DNA of 64,000 nucleotides from Camelus ferus (lineage: Eukaryota): NCBI RefSeq assembly GCF_009834535.1, contig NC_045696.1, positions 76,634,001 through 76,698,000 of the forward strand, written 5' to 3'. Both the position numbers and the translations under genes were made by a program. Positions within the stretch are counted from its first letter, which is position 1, and every line of letters starts with the position of its first letter. Shown one piece after another: positions 43,942 through 56,270 of the stretch. The notes beneath the pieces were generated by a model, which did no database searches, was not told the origin of the DNA, and saw only the letters and a list, made by a program, of their open reading frames with translations.

Positions 43942-44083
43942 GTTTTTTGAAGTATAGTTTGTTACAATGTTGTATTGATTTCTGGTGTACAGCATAGTGA
44001 TTTATTTACACATACATATATATTCCTTTTCATATTCTTTTTCATTAAAGGCTATTACAAGGTATTGAATATAGTTTTCTGTG
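43942..44083 (-). mobile_element. Short L1 3' end flanked by a 14-bp TSD
   Basis: ttttttgaagtatagt...tttctggtgtacagcatagtgatt...attgaatatagtt; flanks gaagcctggctaat (43928-43941) and gaagcccagctaat (44084-44097). Confidence 0.75.
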
Positions 44084-44128
44084 GAAGCCCAGCTAATTTT
44101 GTTTGTTTGTAGGCACTTGGGTTTGGTG

Positions 44129-44337
44129 GGAGTTTTTTGTTTGTTTTTGTTGTTGTTGTTTTGTTTTTAAGGTTGAATTTATTAATTTTTTTACTTCTCT
44201 AATTAAAATTTTTGCAAGAGGGGAGGTAATTAGGTTTATTTATTTATTTATTTACTTTCTAAGTGGAGGTACTGGGGATTGAACTCAGGACCCTGTGCAT
44301 ACTAGGCATGCACTCCACCACTGAGCCATACCTCCCC
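44129..44337 (-). mobile_element. tRNA-derived SINE, camelid Vic-1-like, with 13-bp TSD
   Basis: Minus strand reads GGGGAGGTATGGCTCAGTGG (A box)...GAGTTCAATCC (B box) CCAGTACCTCC then (TAAA)n and CCTAATTACCTCCCC; exact repeat cttgggtttggtg at 44116-44128 and 44338-44350. Confidence 0.8.
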
Positions 44338-44574
44338 CTTGGGTTTGGTGTTTATTTGTATTTGGCAAGACTCACCCACCCCATGTCTTTATTGAGTGAT
44401 TTTTGTCAGAACTATTCTTGGTGTACATTTCTCTTAATTTTTGCTCAAAAATAATGTGAATTTTTAATCTATAAGCATAGGTGTGTTATCAACTCAAGAA
44501 AGGCTTGTTCTCTACTCACCATTTTAGCTATTGCTTTGTTAGTTTTCATGGTTTCTTCTATATGAAACTTCTAA

Positions 44575-45605
44575 AATTTTTTAAATTTTATTATGGTAGG
44601 AACATATAACATGAGATCTGTTCTTTTAACAGATTTTTAAATGTACAGCTCAGTATTGTTATCTGCAGGCACAGTATTGTATAGCAAATCTCTAGAACTG
44701 ATATTTTATACTTGTTGGTTAGCAACTCCCCCTCTCCCCAGCCCCTGACAACCACCATTCTTTTCTTGGCTTCTATAAGTTTGACTCTTAGATGCCTAAT
44801 GTAAATGGAATCATGCAATATTTGTCCTTAAGATTCATTCATGCTGTCATATATTACAGGATTTCCTTCTATGTTAAGACTGAATAATACTCCACTGTAT
44901 GTACATATGTTGTGTGTGTATACATTTTCTTTATCCATTCATCCATTGATGGACACTTAGGTTGTATCCATATCTTGGCTTTTGGTAATAGTGCTGCAGT
45001 GAACAAGGGAATGCAGATACTTCCTCAGGATCCTGATTGCAATTTTTTTGGATATTCATAAGAAGAATTGTTGGATCATATGGTAGTAGTTCTTAAAATC
45101 TGGGGCAGAACCTTCATGTTGGTTTTTCATGGCAGCTATACCATTTTGCATTCACATCAGCAGTGTACAAGGGATCCAGTTTCTCCACATCCTTGTCAAC
45201 GTTTATTGTATTCTAAAAATTTATAGTAGCCACCCTAACAGTTGTGAAGTGATACCTCCATTGTAGCTTTGATTTGCATTTCCTTGATTAGTGACAGTGA
45301 GCATCATTTCATACACCTATTGCCCATTTATATATCTTCTTTGGAGAAATGTCTATTCAAGTCCTCTGCCCATTTTTAAATTGGGTTATTAGGTGTTTTT
45401 GCTGTTGAGTTGTAGGATTTCCTTATGTATTTTGGAAATTAACTCCTTACTGGATATATGGTTTGCAGTATATTCTCTCATTCCATAGGTTGCTTTTTAT
45501 TTTATTATTTCCTTTGCTGTGCAGAAGCTTTTTAATTTTACATAGTCTCACTTGCCTTTTTTTTTTTTTTTTTTTTTTTTGCTTTTGTTGCCTATGCTTT
45601 GGGGT
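44575..45605 (-). mobile_element. L1MA-like 3' region, antisense
   Basis: aacatgagatct...ggcacagtattgtatagcaaatctctagaact; ttctttatccattcatccattgatggacacttaggttg; tcctttgctgtgcagaagcttttt. Confidence 0.85.
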
Positions 45606-45829
45606 CAGCCTGAATCATGTTAGTATTATCTGTATGCTGCTTATCTATTTTACCTTCTCCATTGCAAAATATTACCTGATACTAAATTCTAAGAGGGATT
45701 TGTAAGGTAGATCTTTTGTTTAAAAGACAGCATAAAAACTAATGCCTTAAACATTTTAGGATCGTTACCCAAGGAACTTAGTGAATATTGACGTTTGTGC
45801 CATCTGAAGCTATCAAAAGTAATCTTAGC

Positions 45830-46027
45830 CACTATATATAAAAACAGATTAAAAAAACAAATTTATTCTGTGTAGCACAGGGGACTATATTTAATATCTC
45901 ATAATAACCTTTAATGAAAAAGAATATGAAAACAAATATGTGTATGTAGATGCATGACTGGGATACTGTGCTGTACACCAGAAACTGACACATTGTAACT
46001 TACTGTACTTCCAGGTTTAAAAAAAAA
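45830..46027 (+). mobile_element. 5'-truncated L1 3' end, sense, with A tail
   Basis: ctgtgtagcacagggactatatt...gaaaaagaatatga...tgctgtacaccagaaactgacacattgtaact followed by an A run. Confidence 0.75.
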
Positions 46028-46288
46028 TGATTTTAGGACTATAGTTAGTTTAATCCTGAAGCCTCACAATAGTGAATATTTAGAAAGGACTTGATGCTTA
46101 TTTGTCATTTTAGAAAGATAAATGTTAAATATATTCTCCTACATTTTAATTTCTTTGCAAGTATTCCCTTAATCTCTGTAATCGTGCTTCTGGTTGCACT
46201 GCTTATATTTTGCACTGGGAAAATAGTATTATAAATGTATCCTTTGTATGGAAGAATAATTACATACTTTTTTTTCTTTTTTGCTTAG

Positions 46289-46417
<129 letters not shown>

Positions 46418-46872
46418 TAACATTTCTGTTTTACTTTTCCTTTTATGAGTCTTTGAAAGTTTCTTATAAGTATGACAGAAAATTATATCTGGAGATATCA
46501 AATATTTACTGATATCAAATACTATTTTAAACCCAAGTAATTGAGATACAGTACCATAAAGCTTTTTCAGCATCTTTTTAGAAAGATAAAGTTAAAAATA
46601 TGTTCAGTACAGTGTTTCAAAACTATGGGTCAATATAAAGAAATTATTTAAAGAGCAAAGGAATACAGTGAATTAGTTCGTTTATGTTTTCCTGTTCCGG
46701 AACTTGGAGATGCCGTTAATTAAGCTGCTTTTTTTCCTGTTAGCTGTGTTTCCAGAACATTTCCTTCCTAACAGCACGGTCTGTTTCTCATGAGGAATTG
46801 TGGCTGGCTATTAAGAATGGCTGAATATTGTAGATTGGGGGTGGGGCTAAGAGTATATTTTATTAATTATAA

Positions 46873-47079
<207 letters not shown>

Positions 47080-50000
47080 TGAAATAGTCAAGTAGTCTTA
47101 TATTGGCAAGAAGCATTTGCCTATCTATACGAATATTTTCTTCACTTTTGGTTATCATTCCTTTTGTGACATTAATTCAATTCTTAGTTTTTAAATGACT
47201 ATTTTTGAGGAGAATTTACGGCTTAGTAAAGATTAAGACCAACAGAAGTTACACTTTCATAGTGTAGACTAGAATTTAAAGATCAATTTAGATTCTCTGT
47301 TTTATCGTTCCGACAGTTTTGCAAACATAAAATGTTAGAGTTTAGGATGCATTTATTTAGCTAAATGATATTATTTCTTTATTTTCTAAAATAATTATCT
47401 TTGAAGGAAGTATGTATGAGCAGTAAAAAAAAATACACTAAAGGACAAGATTTTATGCTTGAACACATGATTTATCAGAAACAAACTTAAAACTATACTA
47501 CCTTTTTAGGGATAATGCTACGGAGATCCTTTCTTGAAAGTGGAGAAAATGGCCTCTTTTTTTTTTTATCTTAGTGTTTTGGTTTTTATGTGCCGTGTAT
47601 TCTTTGGTAGCAGTCATGCGAGTTTCCCTGCCGCACCCCTCCCCACCCCCCATTCTCCCTTCTGTGATGAGATCTTTGCTGGTTGTAGTACACACATACT
47701 GAGTTACTGTGGACTGTCTTTCTATAGTTGGTCAGACTATTTTGCAGAAGTCATTTTCAGATACTGTTTTTTGATTAAGTTACACATTCAAATGTTCAAA
47801 AAACCTCCCAAACGCTGTAAAAAGGTATACACTGAGAAGTCTTGCCCTCATTTTTTTTTTCTTGATCCTCTGTAGGTAACTTTTTTTATTGGTTTCTCTT
47901 TTATTCTTCTTGAGTTTTTTGGTAAAAAAAAAAGCATTATGATGTTTTAACTTTATACTCCCACTGTCTAGTGTTTTCATTTGTATTTTTAACTCCCTTA
48001 AAATTGGTTTTCATGTATGGTGTGAGGTAGAGTTCTAATTTTATCTTTCTGTATGGATAGCCACTTGTAGCAGCAAAGCTTACTGTTCCTTTACTGTTTC
48101 ATAATGTCAGTTCTTTCATATGCTGAGTTCTTGTGTGGTTTATTCATAGATTGTTGTTTTCCATTGATTGATAAATTTGTATGTACATGCATCATTAGCT
48201 TAGTTTTAGTAACTGTGACTTTGTAAGTCCCCCATACCAAGTCTTTTTCCACCCCCTTCACTAAAGTTCTAACAATTTTTTCATAAAGATCTTTTTTCTT
48301 AATTTTTTCTGAGGTACCTTATGGATTTTATTGTTACCATGAATAGCATCTTTATAACAATATATTCATTTTACTTATTGATGGTTGCTCCCGTTTGGAA
48401 CATTATAAATTTTGGCATATTGATATTTAATCCATCATCCCTTCTGAGCTCTCTTAATTACTTTTAATGGTTTATATTTCCTTAGCTTTCCTTTCAAATT
48501 AACCTTTCTGTTGTGATTGAATAGCAGAAGCTTTTTTGATACAATCTATAGATAACCTGCCTTTTGTATACATTTTCCATCACTCATTTACTCCATTTTG
48601 ACTCCATTTTAAGTAAATCAATTTAAAAAAAATTTTGTTATAGAACTGTAAAGTTCTAATGGAAGATACTGCTTGACTTTTAAGGGCATTTGAGCAACTA
48701 TCCATCCGTACTGTTCTGTTGTATCACTATCGTGTATTAAAATGTCATTTTACTTTTTTTCTTCTATGTTTGAAAATAGTAAAATGCATCTTGTGAGTTT
48801 TTAGTGTAGAGAAAGGCATTATCTTTTTGTCGCATATACATGTAGTTTTTTTCTTTCATTACTTGAATAATATGTTACCTAAGTATTTGGCAGGTAGGTT
48901 GTTACAGTCTAGTCTGAACACAGATTTGAGTAGATGCTAATGATCCTTTGGCATTTGTTAATGTGATAGCTCTGGCTTGTTGACCATACTATTTTGGTTC
49001 ATTTAAAGCCTAATTCAGGCTTAGAAATTGGTAAGTACTATTGAAAGGAAGTTTTGATTTTTTTTTTTAAATCCCAAAGTTGACTGTCCTATAGATTTTA
49101 CTTTCTGTACATCAGTGGAGTTTAGATAATGTTGGTGCCACTCCCTTCTCTCCTAATTAACTGTAGATACTTAAGACCTACTATACTCATACTTTCTCAT
49201 GAATCTCTTAACATTGTGGGAAATTTTAGGTTGGAGGGGTGGGGGATGACTGTTGGGCCTTCCCAGTGTGACCAGCTGTAGCAGTGCATCTGTGGTTTCT
49301 GCAGTATTACCAGACAAGAGGAAAGCAGGGGGAAATGGTCACCAGCTCAGTGATTAGCTCAGGGCTGGCTGTCTCGGAAGGTATTTACAAGATACGTGTC
49401 TTGCTGCTAGGTTGTTTTTAGATAGTTATGCTACTTCTAGTTGGATTTTTTTAGGTCACTGTAAAGCTGAGAGATACTTTTCTGATTTATCAGGGCAGAT
49501 CACTAGAATCTATTTTTCATTGTTCAGTTTCTCACAGCAGAACCTGTGACCTTTGACCTGCTTAATGACTAATTTCCTAAGATAATACATTTTTGTACTC
49601 AGTTTTAATTATCGAATGGCAGCTGTGAATGATTTTGGTTTCCATTGCTGAAGGAATAAAATAATTTAGTTATGTTTATGACTCAGCTTTAATTGATGAA
49701 ATTGTTAGTGTTCCTGGTTGTACTTTTTTTTTAAGTTATAACATCTTTTAATAATACTGTACATATATTCTTTTACTTCTTTTATAATTCCACTAGCTTA
49801 GGGATTAGTCAGTAAATATGGAGTAACAGACTTACACTGGAATTGCCTTTACTAGTTTATTATACTTCCTCTTTAGGATGTTTTGTCAAGAGATTCTGAC
49901 TTAATTTTGTTTCTCTATAATTTGGCCAAACTCATGCATACTTCAGCAACAACAGTTTATTTCAAGTCATGCATTGAATGTTTACTTCTAGCCATTGTTA

Positions 50001-50259
50001 ACTGTCAAAGAGGCCACAGATAACTTAGCTAAGAATGGTTATCAGTACTGGAGAAACTGTGTGTGTGATCTGTTCAGAGCAGGCTGGTGTTATCTTTTTA
50101 TAGAAGGATCATCGTATTATGTATCTAGTATTTCAGAACTTGTGTTTATTTCAGAGTTGGTTTGCTAGAAGTAAACCCACACAATATTTAACCTCCATAT
50201 TTGGACATATATAATAATATATTTTATCATTTTTGAGATTCTGTTTTTCATTATTTTAG

Positions 50260-50418
<159 letters not shown>

Positions 50419-51080
50419 TAGTGAATAGATGTGGCTTACTGTGGTAGTGTCTGCAGAAGTGTTAAAATACATTTTATGATATGGTATTGATCTTTTTTAC
50501 TGAGGGCTCTGTACTTTTCATGTTCACTTTATGCAAATAATGTAAACAGAATTTAGGCCATCTATGCCAGAAGAGTGCTTTCACAATCAAGAAATGGGCA
50601 GTTATTTTTAATGTAAACCTTCATCAGTGAAATTAAATATAGCAGAGTACCACTCTGAGAGAGATTTGAATTTATAATGCCTATTTCTACCTTCTCTTCC
50701 TTAAAGAAGAGTGTTGGTGGCCCAGGGAAGGGAGAATAGAGGCAGTTGAGTCTGCATTGAGAAATGTGTGATACTGAGACACTTTCAGGATACGCCTGGC
50801 CAACTGTTTACAGAAATACTAGTTACGGCTTCCAAAGTTCTGAAAGCAAAGAGAAGATGTAAAGGATATAGCCATTAGCTGTTTACTGAAGCAACAGTTT
50901 TAATAAAATCAGTAGTGTCTCATTAAGGTCCAAGAGATAGAAAATGGTCTGTTTTGAGCATGTTTTTTCCTACTTTTTAATTAACAGAGAGTAAATCTTC
51001 AAAATTTTAGCCATGGTTCTTCTTCTGTATCATTAGTTCCTAGTTGTTTCCTTCTTGTACTTTCAGACAATTTGTGATTT

Positions 51081-51278
51081 TTAAAAAAATTTTTTATTGA
51101 ATTATAGTCAGTTTATAATGTGTCAGTTTCTGGTGTACAACATAATACTTTAGTCATAGAGGAACATACATATATTTGTTTTCGTATTCTTTTTTGTTAT
51201 AGGTTACTACAAGATGCTGAATATAGTTTCCTGTGCTGTACAGTATAAACTTGTTGTTCATCTGTTTTATATGTATTA
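51081..51278 (-). mobile_element. 5'-truncated L1 3' end in the last intron
   Basis: tttctggtgtacaacataat...ataggttactacaagatgctgaatatagtttcctgtgctgtacagta; possible 8-bp TSD tgtgattt (51073-51080 and 51279-51286). Confidence 0.75.
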
Positions 51279-51436
51279 TGTGATTTCTGTTGGTGTCCAC
51301 TGCTGTGATTGCTTTTAGTTTACCAGTTTCGTGAACTTGGAACTAAGAAATAGATTCCAAACAGTTCTATTGAAAAGTTAAACTAAAAAGGTGCAATGGA
51401 ATTGTTTACACACGTGATTATTTTACTTTCTTACAG

Positions 51437-51463
51437 GTTTGTGTATTAGACCTTCGGAAATAG
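51437..51463 (+). CDS. TBL1XR1: TBL1XR1 coding exon 14/14 (VCVLDLRK*), 27 nt including TAG
   Basis: Acceptor ctttcttacag; stop TAG 51461-51463. Confidence 0.97.
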   Translation, partial: VCVLDLRK

Positions 51464-54400
51464 CGCTACTAGTTGGAAGCCATGGACCGACTATGAATGT
51501 GTACATAGCCAAAATGACTGTCCCTGACCCAAGTACTGCTATAGTCCTTCTTGAACCATGGCCAGTCCACTACAGCCAAATCTAAAAGAAATATATACAT
51601 GCAGTGTATATAAACAAAATTGCACCCTGAAGATGACAGAATTTTGTCACAGCTTGTGAATTCTGTTCACCAAGTGCTGGAATCTAATCTGCTGTGCCCC
51701 TAAAATAGCATTTAGAAGTTTTGGATATGAAAAACAGAAGAGAGAAAAAATACGCGTTATAAAAGCAGCCCATACATGTACCAGTTTTTGGATACTAATG
51801 ACAGCCTTGTTTCTCCCCTTTGAATCAGCAGACACCATGGATTATATTCTTTTTTCCCTTCAGTAGTTTAGCAGTTTGTATGTACAGAGGAAATGGACTT
51901 ACAAAAACTTGCAGCAGTAGTTTGTTCTTGCTTTTAAACTTCGTTTTTGGTTTAGTTTATGGATGCATGAAGTAAGGGAGTGAATCTGTTTCTTGTTTAT
52001 ATTTTTTTCACCTTTTAAACAAAAAAAAAATCTTAAAAATATTTTAATGCATTCTTTTGAAGAGATAGATGTTTGGTACATTTTATGGCTCCCAGAGCAT
52101 ATATTCAATTGGTGCATGTTGTGGAAGGGGGAATTGGAAATTAAATGGAACTATATGACTTTGGTCATGTCAATCTGTAAGACACATCAGTAAAAGGGTA
52201 TTATGCTCTGTTGGGTATTTTGTTTGTTTTTTTGTTTGGTTTTTTTGCTTCTTTTTTTTTGTGATGTGGCTTAAATGCAATAGTTTCTTTTTTGGGACAT
52301 ATTTCTGCCAATTAAAAGACTAGAAGGGCACAATTTTTTTTTTAATACCATAGAGAAGATGCATAAAAGAAATCTTCTGATATCTGTAGCCATAACTAAA
52401 TTATGGTTAAAATGTGCACTATTGTGAAAAGGAGCAAAGTAGCTTTGGGGATTTTTTGTTGTTTGTTTGTTTCTTTTGCTTTGTTTTTTAAGAGATTAAA
52501 ATGTTTCTGGATAAGGATTAGCTTCTCAAAGTGTCCATCATTCTGTGTAGAAGCTTAAATATGTAATGTAACCAAACTCCAGTATTAAAAATCTCTCATG
52601 TTATTTTTCTTTATACAAAGCAAGATAACGGCATATAACACTGCCATTACATGGCAAAATGTTTGCTACCTTAGTTTAAAAACAATCTTTAAAACGAAAG
52701 ACTTGCTTCAAGATGTTTTTAAATAGCAGTGATTCAAATTTTTTTTTAAAAAAGTATAATTGCACTAACTTCCCTGCTGCTCTGATTCTGCGTTTGTGGT
52801 ACTTGTGACTACATTTTTTCAAATATAGATAGAGTTAAGCTGCTATTTTTTTGTTTTTCAGTAATCACTACTATATCATGTCTTTTACTCTGTTTATAAT
52901 ATCACGTATTTTCTTAAAGATGTAGGTATCAGATCAAACCTCTTGTGCTCATGCAACTAAAAGCTAAAATATACAGAATTTATAAATGATAGCATGGGAC
53001 TGTTTATATGTATGATTAACAGGGTTTGTCATGATTAATGTAATAATCCAGAAGTGTCAATTTTGAAGAGAATAGTTGTCAAATTTATATCTCAAAGATT
53101 TCAATTAAGGAATATCATTTGTTATCAAGTTTAGCAAATTTATAACACTATTTCTGTCACTAATTATTTTTAAGCCATTACTGCTAAAATTTTAACCTAT
53201 GTTTTAAGTTTAAGTAGAAACTGATTTAACCCAAGTAATTCAGCTTTGATTTTCAGCATTTGTTGTTTTGCTATTTTTACAAAACAGCACTGATTGAAGC
53301 AAGTCTTGGTTTACTAAGGTAGGATAGCATTTGCTATTGGTAAAGAGAATAAATACACTTAATTTCACTATACATTGTTATATGTACCCCAGTTGTTGTT
53401 AGTGGGGACTATGATACTGTAATAATATTTTTTAAAATTTACATCCAGAGAGGCAGTCATTCATGATGGTTTTGTGCCAGCTGTTCTTAGGGTTTTGGAT
53501 CACATTATAGATATTTAGAACTATTACCCTGTGACTTATGTAGGAAACCTAATATGCTGAGTATCTGGCACTTGAAATCCTGCTTTTATTGCTGGAGGTC
53601 CACATCTGTGGTTGACCTCTATTGTTGTTTTAAAAAAAATAAAAATAAAAAAATCTGTGCAATAATTTTTAAATGTGCTCCCAGGAATAGACACAAATGT
53701 TTTGAGTATGTTTAAGCTGCATTTTCCTTTAGCGATGCATTTGTCAATTGCACTGAATTTAAATCTGAAAGTCAGAGGTGATTATTGATAGAACTTTTTG
53801 TATTTTGATAATGGACAATTTATTCATTTGCATACAGTTATTGACCTTTTTTTTTCCCAACTGATTGAAAGATAGTCGAGAAGTTCTGCAGTATAGCTGC
53901 CCAAATAGACAGCTACATGTTTATGGTATTGTCATCTTTTCTTTCTTTCTGTTTTTTAATCTTTAGCTATTTTACTTAAGCATAATAGCCACAATAGGAC
54001 ATATAAAAGATTATAAATACAGAGCTTTATTATCCTGAAGTCTTGGGTCTTTTAAGTGCAAACTATCAGAAAGGTATCCATTCTGTAGGCGTGGGTTCTT
54101 TATGAGCATTCAGTTGTTTCTTTTTGCTGCTGTTCTCAAGTCATCATTGCCTGCTGATGTGCCACGATGCTGCTCCAGTAGACAAAAGTAAGATTGCCTC
54201 TAATTTGAGCAGTAACATGATTATAAGAGACCAAGTTTCACAGCCTGTAAAGTTCTATGTTTGAGGTTCTTGCTTCTTTTTCCTTCATTTTTTTCCCCTC
54301 TGAGAACTTATTTCTGAAGATCTTTTGATTCCAATAGGTTTTCTGTGGTATTCATTATATATCATTGTTGTATAGGCTACTGTAAGAAACTTGTAAGGAA

Positions 54401-56270
54401 AAATAGAAAGGGAAACTTGAATGAATAGAATATTCTTGATTAAAATAGAGTAAAAAAAGAGCAGCTGTCACTCTTAAACATCTAAAGGAATATCTTTTTC
54501 TTCTCCATGTGGGAAAATCCCGTTAAGTTCTTATATTTATTCCATTCCCAATTTCCTGTCATTGATCAGGTATCATCATTGACTTTCCAGTGACTTTTAG
54601 AAGTGGTAAGTTTTAATTTCCTAATAGGTCTTAGAGTGTATCGAATTCTGTTTTAATTAATTATTCTCTAGGTAAGTATGTTTTAGGATTAAACACCTTT
54701 TACAGATACTGAAAGTGCCTCCTTTTGTGGTGTAAAAAAACAAATTATGGTGCAAAAAGTAATCATTAGATTGAATTACATGAAGGTTTTTTGCTTTTTG
54801 ACATATAAAAATGTCAAGAGAAAGGCCAAAGATTTGTACTTTTTCACTTAACTTATAAAGCACTCCTTTTTTTCCTTAAACTTATTTCTGTCAAATTAGA
54901 TTTAATGAGAGAGTACTATTTTTAAGGAGCTATCTGTTTATGTAGAATGATTTTGTTAAGAGTAATGTAAACTATTACTGAGTAGAGGCCTGAAGAGGAG
55001 TATGCATTTTTGCTATTTAAAGGAATCACAAATGGCCATTCTTATATCAGCAAAAATGTTGTTTTACTAGATGAGCAGGAAAAAAAGATCTCAAATGCAG
55101 TGCGATTTACTCTTTTCAAAACAGTTTTCATTTACTGAAATACATTGTACATTTCCATAGTACCTGGATTTATTCTCACATGCTAAGGGCGGTACTTGCA
55201 TTTGGTGAATTACTGTTGACATTTTCCACAGAAATCCCATTTCAGTGGACCAACATTGTGGCATGGCAGCAAATGCCAGCATTTTGGGGAATAGCAGCAA
55301 ATCTATAAGAGACCCTGGTTGGTTTGGGGTGTGGGGTGGGTTGGTTTGTTTGTTTGTTTTTCTTCTGAATCAGCAGGGATGGAAGGGGAATAGGGAAGTT
55401 ATGAATTACTCCTTCTGATAGTAGCTCTGAAGCGTCACATTCAATATCAATTTTTTAAAACATGATTCTAGTTAAATGTAGAAGAAAGAGACAAAAAAAG
55501 AGGAAGTGTTCACTTTTTAATACACTGATTTAGAAAATTGATGTCTTATATCAGTAGTTCTGAAGTATTAATAGCATTCTTTATTTCTGCCTTTATGTTG
55601 ACAGTGTTGAAGCAGGGTGAATAACTAGGGCATATTTTTTTTTTCCTAGTAAGCTGTTTCATGATGTTTTCTTTGGAGTTTCTGGATAAGTTCAAGAAAA
55701 CATTCTGCATGTTGTATTTAGTCTGATGTACTTATCCATCTCATTAAAAACAAAAACACACAGACTGCATTTTGTAGCTCTGTAATCCCTAAATACAGAA
55801 GTAATTTTCTTCTTTCCTGACTTTGACATTGTAGTTATAATGTTCTAATTTTTTATTTTTTACAAATCCTTTGGGTCTAATTCTGTGAGCCTACCTATAG
55901 CACTGGATTAAAATGTCTGCATCATTTCTTTAGTTATCCAGTTAACTTTAAAACTGTTGTAAAAGTGTAAACCAGCCCATGACAGTTTTTGTACCTGTTT
56001 AAGAACTTTATTGTTCAGTTTTCATGATTATTGTGTGAGGAAGACTGATAGAGATGTTCTATGCTGTCCTGGACCATGTTAATTACACTTCTGATGTATT
56101 TTGGTTCCACATCACAATGATTTGTCCCCAGTGACCCTTTTATCCTTTCTAGGCACATTTTTTTGTTGTTGTTGTTGTTGCAGTTTCCCTTTGCATTGTA
56201 TTGCTTTGACAACTGTAATTTGAATCAGATCTGAAAGAGGTCCAGAATAAAATATATTTTGATATTATGT
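51464..56270 (+). other. TBL1XR1: TBL1XR1 3'UTR (~4.8 kb to the main signal; possibly extends to ~57.7 kb)
   Basis: U-rich sequence after the stop with no recognisable interspersed repeat; ends at AATAAA 56246 followed by GU-rich sequence. Confidence 0.75.
56246..56251 (+). terminator. Polyadenylation signal AATAAA (probable major site)
   Basis: Canonical hexamer with upstream TGTA motifs and downstream tgttggctgtgt GU-rich element. Confidence 0.7.

Noticed and set aside
44270..44337. tRNA-like sequence on the minus strand
   Set aside because: It is the head of a SINE, with AT-rich tail and TSDs, not a tRNA gene.
51461..51472. Stop-codon readthrough (TAG-C context)
   Set aside because: A second in-frame TAG follows after two codons and the stop is not the UGA-CUAG motif.
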